Source of the DNA: Silvanigrellaceae bacterium
GTDB lineage: Bacteria; Bdellovibrionota_B; Oligoflexia; Silvanigrellales; Silvanigrellaceae
Length of the DNA: 57,086 bases
Reading direction: 5' to 3'
NCBI GenBank assembly: GCA_044356935.1
Contig: JBIKVI010000001.1
Span: 1 to 57,086, forward strand
In this document: positions 37,014-45,704 of the stretch, in pieces
Layout of the letters: each line of letters starts with the position of its first letter
Position numbering within the stretch: the stretch's first letter is position 1
Made by a program: the position numbers and the translations under genes
The notes under the pieces: generated by a model
What the model was told of the DNA's origin: nothing
Database searches by the model: none
The model's input: only the letters and a program-made list of their open reading frames with translations

Positions 37014-37208
37014 TGAGTAAAGTAAGCACACTACCTGTACTTTCGCCGCATGCTGAAGATCCCGTGCGATTCCGCGGTCGCGGCCGGTGGGCACTCTGGT
37101 ACGAAACTTCTCATCTCCCGCCTCGAGGATCTCGATGAAGAAAAGGACCCTTCGATGGACGTCATTGCGAACGGCATTATCAATGGCGCCGACTTCTGGC
37201 TTCCGTGA
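37014..37208 (+). pseudogene. 3' fragment (last ~55-60 codons) of another paralog of the 588-aa KpsS/KpsC-like gene
   Basis: AHYLYFRRMLKIPCDSAVAAGGHSGTKLLISRLEDLDEEKDPSMDVIANGI... parallels KYAHYLYFRRMLKIPMESTVGAGGLSRTKLLISRLEDLDAGTDPVMDVISRGI... of 30883-32649. In-frame TAA at 37023, stop at 37206-37208. Confidence 0.75.
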
Positions 37209-37680
37209 AAACCTCAGCCGCCTCACCTGGCGCCAATCAAGACGCGATGAGATCAGATCCGGGAAGCGCGGCGGCCACTGCGACCTTAGGAATCTGCCGG
37301 GGCCGGGTACTCGCGAACGACACCGACGTCGCGTTCCCGATGGCTCGATGTCGCTGCTCGCTGATGTCGCTCTGCCTCGCGAAAAACCATCCATGTCGCG
37401 ACTCGCACACGTTCACCAAGCATGCTACCCTCCTGGCGCTATGAGAACGCGCGACTGCTGTCGGCCCAACCCCATGGCCCATCGTGTCGTGAAGTGTCAC
37501 GTTGCCCCAGATGCGCGTAAAGCTCCTCAACTCTGAGTTGCCAGCGCGGAGTCGGGCGCACTCCCGTCCAGAGGCATCTTCGACATGTTTACCCTGGACC
37601 ATGACGCGAGCACGAAACAACGTAATCAGCGCCGACTCTTCGAACCCAGAACGCCTTCAAACGAACGGTACCGAGTTCAG

Positions 37681-38856
37681 ATGAATTCAAATCCTCGCCG
37701 GATCCTCGTCCCCATCACCAACCGTGTCCACTGGACTCGTCTCCGCCCGCTCTTGCGCATGCTCGCCTCAGATCCCGACTTCGAAGTCCAGATCGCCCTT
37801 GGTCATGCCGCACTCCTCGAAGGAAACGGCGTGGTGAAGCATGAGATGTCGCTTGATGGCATCTTGCCTTCCTATTCGTTCGACTTCCTCATGGAAGGCC
37901 GGTCGAGCGGGGCCATGGCCAAAACCGCTGCGCTTGGGATGTACGAGTTCGCGGGAATCGCAAAGGAGTCGGATCCCGATCTCGTCCTCATTCGGGGCGA
38001 CCGCTACGAGGTCTTGGGACTCGGATTCGCCGCAGCGTGCCTCAACATTCCCATTGTGCACGTCGAGGGGGGAGATGTCTCGGGAAACATCGACGACAAA
38101 GTCCGTCATGCCGTCACCAAACTCAGCGAACTTCACTTCGTGACCAATGAAGCCTCGCGCGATCGCGTCATCCAGATGGGGGAGGATCCCACTCATGTGC
38201 ACAACACCGGGAGCCTCGAGGTCGACACCATACGGATCGCTTCGATCGAGTTTCCTGAATGGCTTTTCACCCGCTACACCGGGGTTGGATCGAAGTGGGA
38301 TCCCAAGGACGGGTACCTCCTCGTGATGCAGCATCCGGTGACGGATGAAATCGACAAGGCGTTCGAGCAGATGCTCACCACCCTGCGAGCCGCCGTTTCC
38401 TCTGGACTCGGTGTCGTTTGCCTCCATCCGAATTCCGACGCGGGTGCCGATGGCATTTCAAAGGCGCTTCGTGTGTTCAGGGAGAGCACCCCGCGTGCCC
38501 AGCTGCACGTGTTCCGTGGATTCACGTCCACGGATTTCCTTTCAGTACTGGCGAGTGCGAGGTGCTTGGTAGGCAACAGCTCCGCAGGCGTGAAGGAGTG
38601 CGCTGTCCTGGGAGTCCCTTCGGTTAATGTCGGAAGCCGCCAGGAAGGCCGACTGCGTGGCGAGAACGTCTTGGACTGCAGCGGAAACTCGGCGACCGAG
38701 CTACTGGAAGCCATTCGATCGCAAGTACAGCATGGCCCCTATCCTCCCTCCCAGATCTACGGCGATGGTCGCGCGGCGGAGAGGATGATCGGACACCTGA
38801 GGAGTTTTCGCGCTTACAAGAAGTCCTTTCAAAGCATCGAGAGGGCACGCACGTGA
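37681..38856 (+). CDS. neuC: NeuC-family hydrolysing UDP-GlcNAc 2-epimerase, second intact copy in the window
   Basis: ILVPITNRVHWTRLRPLL, GDRYEVLG, VHVEGGDVSGNIDDKVRHAVTKLSELHFV. ATG 37681. Confidence 0.85.
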   Translation: MNSNPRRILVPITNRVHWTRLRPLLRMLASDPDFEVQIALGHAALLEGNGVVKHEMSLDGILPSYSFDFLMEGRSSGAMAKTAALGMYEFAGIAKESDPDLVLIRGDRYEVLGLGFAAACLNIPIVHVEGGDVSGNIDDKVRHAVTKLSELHFVTNEASRDRVIQMGEDPTHVHNTGSLEVDTIRIASIEFPEWLFTRYTGVGSKWDPKDGYLLVMQHPVTDEIDKAFEQMLTTLRAAVSSGLGVVCLHPNSDAGADGISKALRVFRESTPRAQLHVFRGFTSTDFLSVLASARCLVGNSSAGVKECAVLGVPSVNVGSRQEGRLRGENVLDCSGNSATELLEAIRSQVQHGPYPPSQIYGDGRAAERMIGHLRSFRAYKKSFQSIERART

Positions 38857-39635
38857 AACACCTGGCCATCATCACGGCAAGAGGCGGATCAAAGGGAATC
38901 CCGCGCAAGAATGTGCGTGATGTTGGCGGGGCTCCGCTCATCGCTTTCACTCTTTCGGTTGCGGGCCAAGCCCGCTGCTTCGATCGCGTCTTCCTCTCGA
39001 CGGACAGTGACGAAATCCTCTCGGTTTGCTCCGCGTGGGGTCTTTCGACGCCATACCGCAGGCCAACGGAATTGGCGGACGACCATTCGACATCTCGGGA
39101 TGTCGTCCTGCATGCGCTTGAGTACCTCGCATGGGAAGAGGATTACGTTCCCGATTTCGTCACCATTCTGCAGCCGACGAGTCCGTTCCGGACGAACGTC
39201 GAACTCGCCGAGTATGCCGGAATCGCGGAGAGGGCCGAACACCTGAATGCGGGCGTCGTCTCCGTCTCGGATGTGGGCCACTTTCACCCGCGCCGAATGT
39301 TCACGCTGGAAGGTGGCTTCGCCGTGCGCCTGCAACCTTCTTACGGAACGAATCCTCGTCGCCAGGATCTCGGGCCGACTTACGTGATGACGGGAGGCTA
39401 CTTCGGTTTCAAGCCTTCCGTCGTCCTAAACACGGCAAGCTGCCTCGCGGACAGGCTCCTGCCTTTTTTCATTAGGGACCCTTTGGCCGTTCTGAACATC
39501 GACGAACCATTCGATTTGGAAGTCGCGGATCTCTTCATGCGCTACTCATCCTCGACCCGGGCGCTGCAGGTTCGCGACGAGCTGGGTGAGTACCGTGCAT
39601 CGCTCGGTGCCACGCTTAAAGGAGGGAAGTCATGA
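38853..39635 (+). CDS. neuA: Acylneuraminate cytidylyltransferase family CMP-NulO synthetase, second copy
   Basis: AIITARGGSKGIPRKNV. GTGA overlap with neuC. Confidence 0.85.
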   Translation: MKHLAIITARGGSKGIPRKNVRDVGGAPLIAFTLSVAGQARCFDRVFLSTDSDEILSVCSAWGLSTPYRRPTELADDHSTSRDVVLHALEYLAWEEDYVPDFVTILQPTSPFRTNVELAEYAGIAERAEHLNAGVVSVSDVGHFHPRRMFTLEGGFAVRLQPSYGTNPRRQDLGPTYVMTGGYFGFKPSVVLNTASCLADRLLPFFIRDPLAVLNIDEPFDLEVADLFMRYSSSTRALQVRDELGEYRASLGATLKGGKS

Positions 39636-40456
39636 CGAGTCCACGCCCCCCAAACGACGTGCTTTCACCCGAGGTGCGAAGGCACCTCGGCCACCTTCAT
39701 ACGAAGGTCTTCAATCCTGGCGGCGATTATCCTCAGTTCGCGGCGATGCTGGACGCCATGGAGGATTGGGCAGCGGGTCATGTCGCCGCAAAATCCCTTC
39801 TGGTTCTGGAGCGAGCTTACATTTACGGAGGCACTTGCCTCTTCGCTCCGCTTTTCGAGCGTCACAAAGTAACGGCTATGGATTGCCATCTCGCATCGAC
39901 GAAGGATCGATACGGGTTCAATAGCCACATGGCGGATAGTCCTGACGTGATTCGCCGTCCACCTGATGCCGAGGGTCCCATTTGGGAGTTGCCGTTTGCC
40001 GACGATTCGTTCGACCACGTCGTTTGTCCGAACGTCGTGCACCACGTCCGCGACCAGGCCTCCATGATCTCCGAGTGGGAGCGTGTCCTCAAACCCGGGG
40101 GAACCGGTTTCCTGTTCGAAGCGCTGGTACGGGAACTTCACCAGGTGCCAGACGACTACCTGCGATACACTCCTTTCGGCATGAAGGCGGAGCTCGAGAA
40201 AAGAGGCTTGGACGTCGTCTGGTGGAAGCCCACGACGGACGTCTTCGACGTCATCCGCTACTGCTTCCTCCAGGCGTTCCAGAATTTCCCGTCCGACCGC
40301 TCAGCCGATACCGAGGAGTGGGTGCGCAACGAGGTCTTTCCTCGGCTCTCGCGTTGGTCGGAGGAGTATCCGTCGAACCTGAAGAACCCCGCCAAGTCGT
40401 TTCCAACAGGATTCCTGCTCGAGTTCCGGAAGCCAGAATCGCTCGAGACGACCTAA
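39632..40456 (+). CDS. Class I SAM-dependent methyltransferase (type 11-like) embedded in the NulO operon
   Basis: VCPNVVHHVRDQASMISEWERVLKPGGTGFLFE. ATGA overlap with neuA. Confidence 0.75.
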   Translation: MTSPRPPNDVLSPEVRRHLGHLHTKVFNPGGDYPQFAAMLDAMEDWAAGHVAAKSLLVLERAYIYGGTCLFAPLFERHKVTAMDCHLASTKDRYGFNSHMADSPDVIRRPPDAEGPIWELPFADDSFDHVVCPNVVHHVRDQASMISEWERVLKPGGTGFLFEALVRELHQVPDDYLRYTPFGMKAELEKRGLDVVWWKPTTDVFDVIRYCFLQAFQNFPSDRSADTEEWVRNEVFPRLSRWSEEYPSNLKNPAKSFPTGFLLEFRKPESLETT

Positions 40457-40467
40457 GGAGCCCACAC

Positions 40468-41472
40468 ATGCACGTAGATTGCGTTGCCGAGATCGCCCAA
40501 GCACATGACGGTAGCGTAGGTATTCTTCATTCCTTCATCGACGCGCTCGCGGAAACCGGAATCGATGCGATAAAGTTCCAAATGCACTATGCCGAAGCCG
40601 AGAGCAGTGCGCATGAACCCTTTCGGGTCAATTTCTCGCGAGTGGACGACACACGTTTCAACTACTGGAAAAGAATGGAGCTCACCCCGGCGCAGTGGCA
40701 CGAAGTGAAGAACCACTGCGATGAGCGAGGAGTCGAGTTCCTCGTCACTCCTTTCTCACTGAAGGCTGTGGGGATCCTCGAAACGCTGGGGGTGAAACGT
40801 TATAAAATCGGCTCGGGCGATATTCTGAGTCTTCCTCTCCTGGAGGCTGTGTGCCGCACCGGAAAAGAGGTCGTACTTTCCACCGGCCTAGCGAGTATTG
40901 ACGACATAAGGATTGCGGTCGAGTTCGTAACGGCATTCGGAAATCCATTGAAGGTGCTTCAGTGCACCTCGGAATACCCTACACCTCCCGAACGCACGGG
41001 GCTTTCGTTTATTCCTAAACTCGCCGCTCGCTTCGGATGCCCCGTGGGCCTGTCGGATCACTCCGGTACGCCGTATCCCTCGCTCGCCGCAGTCGCGCTC
41101 GGTGCCACGTTCATCGAGTTTCATGCTGCTTTCGACAGAAGAATGTTCGGACCGGATGCGCGAAGCTCCCTCCTGATTGACGAGATCGCGGACCTCGTCC
41201 GGGGTATCCGTTTCCTCGAGCGGGCGCTCGCTGCGAATTTTTCGAAGGAGCATCACGCGGAGCACGACACTTCTCGTAAAAACTTTGGAAGGAGCCTTGC
41301 GCTCGCCAAGCCCCTCAGGAAAGGGGATTCGCTTTCGCTTAAGGACATCGAGGTCAAAAAGCCGGCTGGGATGGGGATACCTGCGTCGGAGTACAGGGCC
41401 GTCCTCAACAAGGTCGCTCGCAGGCACCTGGAGGAAGGTTCATTTCTCTCGTGGGACGACTTCGAGAAGTGA
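40468..41472 (+). CDS. neuB: NeuB-family nonulosonic (sialic) acid synthase, second copy
   Basis: VAEIAQAHDGSVGILHSFIDALAETGIDAIKFQMH and C-terminal SAF-like LRKGDSLSLKDIEVKKP. ATG 40468 follows AAGGAG. Confidence 0.9.
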   Translation: MHVDCVAEIAQAHDGSVGILHSFIDALAETGIDAIKFQMHYAEAESSAHEPFRVNFSRVDDTRFNYWKRMELTPAQWHEVKNHCDERGVEFLVTPFSLKAVGILETLGVKRYKIGSGDILSLPLLEAVCRTGKEVVLSTGLASIDDIRIAVEFVTAFGNPLKVLQCTSEYPTPPERTGLSFIPKLAARFGCPVGLSDHSGTPYPSLAAVALGATFIEFHAAFDRRMFGPDARSSLLIDEIADLVRGIRFLERALAANFSKEHHAEHDTSRKNFGRSLALAKPLRKGDSLSLKDIEVKKPAGMGIPASEYRAVLNKVARRHLEEGSFLSWDDFEK

Positions 41473-41657
41473 ACCCGGGCCCCCGGACGGGGAGGTTTGG
41501 CCCGTGGAGCAGCCCGCCTATTCCCGGAACCGGATGGATACTTTAACATCTAAAGGGTTCCCGCATTGCACTTCGCTGCTCGCGGTCGCCCTTGCCGAGG
41601 CGCGCCGGCCAAGCGCGCACAGACGTTTGAGCAAAATGCGAATTTTTGGAGATCTTC

Positions 41658-42809
41658 ATGTCTCACTTCCTCCCCTTCGCCCTCCCCGACATCGGGGAAG
41701 AGGAGATCGAAGAAGTCGTGAGCGCCCTGCGCTCCGGCTGGCTCACCACTGGCCCCAAAACGAAGCAGTTTGAGGCCGACTTCAAGGCCTTCGTCGACCC
41801 AGGTTGTGAAGCCATCGCCGTGAACTCGGCCACGGCGGGTCTCCACCTCGCGCTTGAGGCGCTGGGGGTGGGCCCAGGTGACGAGGTTCTGGTGCCCACC
41901 TACACCTTCACCGCCTCGGGCGAAGTGGTGCGGTACCTAGGTGCCGACGTGAAGTTCGTCGACGTCGACAGGCGCACGTCCAACGTCACCGCGGCCGACT
42001 TCGAGAAGGCCATTGGGCCTCGCACCAAGGTCCTCATGCCCGTGCACTTTGCCGGTTTGGCGTGCGACATGGACCCCATCCTCGCACTCGCCCGCAAGCA
42101 CGGCCTCAAGGTCGTGGAAGACGCCGCCCACACCCTACCCACCACATACAAGGGCAAGCCCATTGGCTCGCTGGAGTCCGACTTTACGGTGTTCAGCTTC
42201 TACGCCACGAAAACGGTGCCCACCGGCGAAGGCGGAATGATCGTTACCAAGAACGCCGAGCTGGCTAAGCGCTGCCGGGTTATGCGCCTGCACGGCATCA
42301 ACCGCGATGCGTTCGACAGGTACACCTCCAAGGTGCCAGCTTGGTATTACGAGGTCGTGGCGCCCGGCTACAAGTACAACATGACCGACGTGGCCTCGAG
42401 CATCGGCATTCACCAACTGCGCAAAGCCCACGCGCTGCGTGACAAACGCGAGGCCATGGCCGACGCCTACGACTCGGCCCTTGCGGGCTTGCCGCTAGAG
42501 CTCCCGGCACGCGCTCCTACGGGCGACCTCCACGCCCACCACTTGTATGTGGTGCGGCTCACCGACCCACGGCACGACCGCGGCAAGGTTATTGAGGCCA
42601 TGGCTGAGGAAGGCATTGGGTGCAGCGTGCACTTCATCCCGTGCCATACGCAGCCCTACTGGCGCGAGCGTTACAGCCACCAGCCTGGAGACTTCCCCAA
42701 CGCGCTAGCGAACTTCGAACGGGCGGTGTCGCTACCCCTGTATACGAAAATGACGCCCGCCGACCAGGAGCGGGTCGTGACAGCCCTCAAGAAGGTGCTA
42801 TTGCGCTAG
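41658..42809 (+). CDS. DegT-family PLP aminotransferase (PglE/WbgX/WcfR-like sugar 4-aminotransferase)
   Basis: [35 protein letters not shown] and PLP-lysine region [18 protein letters not shown]. Confidence 0.9.
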   Translation: MSHFLPFALPDIGEEEIEEVVSALRSGWLTTGPKTKQFEADFKAFVDPGCEAIAVNSATAGLHLALEALGVGPGDEVLVPTYTFTASGEVVRYLGADVKFVDVDRRTSNVTAADFEKAIGPRTKVLMPVHFAGLACDMDPILALARKHGLKVVEDAAHTLPTTYKGKPIGSLESDFTVFSFYATKTVPTGEGGMIVTKNAELAKRCRVMRLHGINRDAFDRYTSKVPAWYYEVVAPGYKYNMTDVASSIGIHQLRKAHALRDKREAMADAYDSALAGLPLELPARAPTGDLHAHHLYVVRLTDPRHDRGKVIEAMAEEGIGCSVHFIPCHTQPYWRERYSHQPGDFPNALANFERAVSLPLYTKMTPADQERVVTALKKVLLR

Positions 42810-42906
42810 AAATGGGCAGACGGGCGACGGGTTGGGTGGAAACACCCGTCGTTGAGAGATACCGTGGAACCGGAGCAGCAGAGCCAGTACGTGCGTCGGA
42901 GGAGAC

Positions 42907-43269
42907 ATGGCGGTGCCACAGAGAGACAAGAGCAGCATGCTTCTTGGCCGGCCCAAGGACGCCCGATCAAGGGTGGGAACTCGCCAAGAAGCTCTGGAAA
43001 GGCTCGTAGAGTTTTTTCGGGCCCACGGAAACCGCTACGAACTTGTTAGTCTCGCGCTTTTCGGAAGCTTCGCGCGCGACGAGGCAAGCGCATTCAGCGA
43101 CGTGGATGTAGCCTTTGAATCCGCGAGGCGACTTTCGATTTCAGAATTAACGAGCCTGCTGCGAAAACTCGAGGAGATGCTTGGACGCGGCGTCGACCTC
43201 TGTGAGCTGTCGAGGGTGCACCCACTTCTGCGACCGTCGATAGCTGAGGATCTCGTCAATGTCGCGTAA
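42907..43269 (+). CDS. Minimal nucleotidyltransferase (MNT) domain protein, MntA-type antitoxin
   Basis: LFGSFARDEASAFSDVDVAFE. 120 aa. GGAGGAG upstream of ATG. Confidence 0.8.
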   Translation: MAVPQRDKSSMLLGRPKDARSRVGTRQEALERLVEFFRAHGNRYELVSLALFGSFARDEASAFSDVDVAFESARRLSISELTSLLRKLEEMLGRGVDLCELSRVHPLLRPSIAEDLVNVA

Positions 43270-43532
43270 AAAGAGCGGGCTCCTTTCCCTCCTCCTAGCA
43301 CGGAGGTCTTGTCTGCTCGCGAAACAGTATGGAGGGTCGGTGGATTTCGCCACTCCGAAAACGACCCAAATGCAAGCCGACGCGCTCGTGAAGAGAATTG
43401 AGGAGATTGGAGAGAAGTTATCGAGCAACGCACATATGGAAGTTACATCTCGACGCCACGCGTGACGGAATCGAACACATCCTCCGATCGGAGTATGGCG
43501 TTTCGGACTTCAAGATTGACGAAGTCGATTGA
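43259..43532 (+). pseudogene. Possible frameshifted/degenerate HEPN (DUF86, HepT-like) toxin gene
   Basis: Overlaps the MNT stop by 11 nt. ...QADALVKRIEEIGEKLS resembles the HepT central helix. After a frame change near 43430, W...ATRDGIEH (Rx4H) reads through to a stop at 43530-43532. Weak. Confidence 0.3.
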
Positions 43533-44173
43533 AGGCTGCGAAGCCGTCGTACCTCCTAGAGACTCTGAGGAGAGACTCCTTGCTCAAACGCATTTTTGAC
43601 GTCGTCGCGGCGGGCGGAGGACTTCTGGTTCTCGCCCCCCTGTTCGTCGTTCTCGCCTTGGTGGTAAAGCTCGACTCCCCCGGACCCGTGTTTTTTCGGC
43701 AGGTGAGGGTGGGGCTTGGCGGCCGAGACTTCCGACTGCTGAAGTTCCGCTCCATGCGTGTCGACGCGAAAAGTCGAGGACCCCAAATCACGGTGGGTCG
43801 CGACCCGCGCGTAACACGTTCGGGGCATTTTTTGCGTCACTGGAAGTTCGACGAGCTCCCCCAACTCATCAACGTGGTGCTCGGAGACATGAGCCTCGTG
43901 GGCCCTCGCCCAGAGGTGCCAAGATATGTGGCAATGTATCCTACTGCCGAGAAGTCCACCATCTTGAGCGTGCGACCCGGCATCACTGACCCGGCATCGG
44001 TGAAGTTCCGCAACGAGAGCGAAGTTCTCGCTGCGAGCGCCGACCCCGAGAAAACCTACGTTGAGGAAATCCTTCCCGAGAAGCTCCGCTTGGGCTGCGA
44101 CTATGCGCGTTCGCGCAGTTTCTTTGGAGACCTGAGAGTGATATTCCAGACCTTCTTTGCAATAATCACGTGA
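43529..44173 (+). CDS. Small monotopic phosphoglycosyl transferase (PglC/WbgY/WcfS-like bacterial sugar transferase)
   Basis: KRIFDVVAAGGGLLVLAPLFVVLALVVKLDSPGPVFF, KFRSM, DELPQLINVVLGDMSLVGPRPE. TTG start assumed. Confidence 0.9.
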   Translation: MKAAKPSYLLETLRRDSLLKRIFDVVAAGGGLLVLAPLFVVLALVVKLDSPGPVFFRQVRVGLGGRDFRLLKFRSMRVDAKSRGPQITVGRDPRVTRSGHFLRHWKFDELPQLINVVLGDMSLVGPRPEVPRYVAMYPTAEKSTILSVRPGITDPASVKFRNESEVLAASADPEKTYVEEILPEKLRLGCDYARSRSFFGDLRVIFQTFFAIIT

Positions 44174-44216
44174 ACGCGATTCGGCCGATGCCCGCAATCG
44201 TGCCCTCTGAGCGTCG

Positions 44217-45704
44217 GTGGTCCGGGTGATTTACGCCAGCTCCTGCCTTCCCACTCATCGCACCGTTGTCTTCGGAGCGCTGGCATTCGCCGGCGTCTTC
44301 GTTGTTTTAGCATTCGCATTGCCGCCAACATGGAGCATGGGTGTAGCCGCTTTGGCTGCCATGGCTTTTGCGTTGGCGTCCCTAGAGAAAACCGCCACTA
44401 CCGCGTTGGCCATCGTCTTTTGCGGAATGTACCCCATCAGCCTCACCTACGGCGATTTTCCCTTCTTGCCCGGAACCGCGGGCATGGCCGCCTACGGTCT
44501 CGTGAGTTTGGCTGCCATCGTGGCTCTGGCGCGTGAGCGGCGTTCACCTTTTCGCTTTGAGCGCAGTGAAGCACTTCTCCTGACACTGGCGACTCTCGTG
44601 GTCATTGCGAGCTTCGCCACGGGTTGGAGTGCAACCAACACAGCCTATTTCCGCCAATCCTTCGCCCGGCTGGCAGGCACGTTGATTCCGGCGTGCCTCA
44701 TCATTGCGAACACGGGAACGGCGCAGACCTTCGAGCGCTTCTGCCGGGTCAACTTGGCCATCGCGAGCGGATTCACCCTAGGCCTCCTTTGCCGCGCGAT
44801 GCTCGCAATGGGTGGCGCCCCGGGAGTCACCACCGCTTCCCTTGCTGTCGACAATACGATCGGCCTCTCCAACGTGCTCTTCACTCATTTCGCTGCTGCG
44901 GTAACCTACGTGCTCTTCGCGCGCGAACGACTAGGCACGGGGACGCGTCTGGCCCTTCTGCTCTTGGCAAGTGCCGACCTCGCCTTCATCGCCTATTTCA
45001 CCCAGCGCAGCGCCCTGTTGGGAATCCTCGGTGCAGTGGTTCTTACACCCTTCCTCTTCAGACTCGAGGTCCCACGTCAGAAACGCCTGCGCTGGCGTGC
45101 CGCCATGGGGGCGTTCGCATTGGCTACGGCTGCCCTGCTGTGGATTGCCACCGCGAAAGGCTTGCTCGACTCAACATTGAACAAGTTGAACCTTAGCTTT
45201 CAGTTCGCACGGATGCTTCGAGTCGGCGACGTGAACCTCTCTGCCGAGTCCATCAGCGGAACGAGCTTGCCTTTGGGTTCTATCTCCGTCCGCATCGACG
45301 GATACCTCACGGCGTGGCGCGCATTTACCGAGTCCCCCTGGACCGGCATTGGATTTAGCCGCTTCGAGGCCTTGGCCGCGCGTTTCTGGCACGGCTACCC
45401 CCACAACATCTTCCTCGACTTCGCGGTAAGCTTCGGAATCGCGGGGCTCCTTGTCGCGTGCGTCTTTGCCGGCTTGGTGATTTACGGCCTTTTGCGCGCT
45501 CGCGCCCTCTCCATTGCCGAAGGCCGCACGCGCCCTGAAGTGGCATTCGCGTCGCTCATGGTCGTGTTCTTCTCGGTGGTCCTCCAGGTTTCGGGCGGCA
45601 TCCAGTCCATTTTCCCGCTGTTCGTCGTGAGCCTCTTCCTCCTCCTGCGCGCAACGTCCATCCCAAATGCGCATCCTGAGACTGCGCCCAAGGACACCCC
45701 ATGA
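44217..45704 (+). CDS. Wzy_C / O-antigen ligase family membrane protein (WaaL- or PglL-like)
   Basis: Polytopic, with periplasmic-loop motif GIGFSRFEALAARFWHGYPHNIFLDFAVSFGIAGLL. Confidence 0.8.
   Translation: MVRVIYASSCLPTHRTVVFGALAFAGVFVVLAFALPPTWSMGVAALAAMAFALASLEKTATTALAIVFCGMYPISLTYGDFPFLPGTAGMAAYGLVSLAAIVALARERRSPFRFERSEALLLTLATLVVIASFATGWSATNTAYFRQSFARLAGTLIPACLIIANTGTAQTFERFCRVNLAIASGFTLGLLCRAMLAMGGAPGVTTASLAVDNTIGLSNVLFTHFAAAVTYVLFARERLGTGTRLALLLLASADLAFIAYFTQRSALLGILGAVVLTPFLFRLEVPRQKRLRWRAAMGAFALATAALLWIATAKGLLDSTLNKLNLSFQFARMLRVGDVNLSAESISGTSLPLGSISVRIDGYLTAWRAFTESPWTGIGFSRFEALAARFWHGYPHNIFLDFAVSFGIAGLLVACVFAGLVIYGLLRARALSIAEGRTRPEVAFASLMVVFFSVVLQVSGGIQSIFPLFVVSLFLLLRATSIPNAHPETAPKDTP

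Noticed and set aside
36880-37030. Possible tRNA or small structured RNA gene in the AT-richer patch
   Set aside because: I found no cloverleaf, no T-arm GTTCRANYC-like box and no CCA-proximal acceptor pairing. The structure is a single long hairpin, better explained as an IS-associated inverted repeat.
37237-37620. 127-aa minus-strand ORF in the scar region (…ELRSFTRIWGNVTLHDTMGHGVGP…)
   Set aside because: No family was recognised, the composition is shadow-like, and it overlaps an equally unconvincing plus-strand ORF. The region is left uncalled and flagged as a finding instead.
41600-41618. GC palindrome GCGCGC-N7-GCGCGC after neuB as a rho-independent terminator
   Set aside because: The stem is only 6 bp, there is no adjacent U-tract (the nearest T-run is ~25 nt away), and such palindromes are common in GC-rich DNA.
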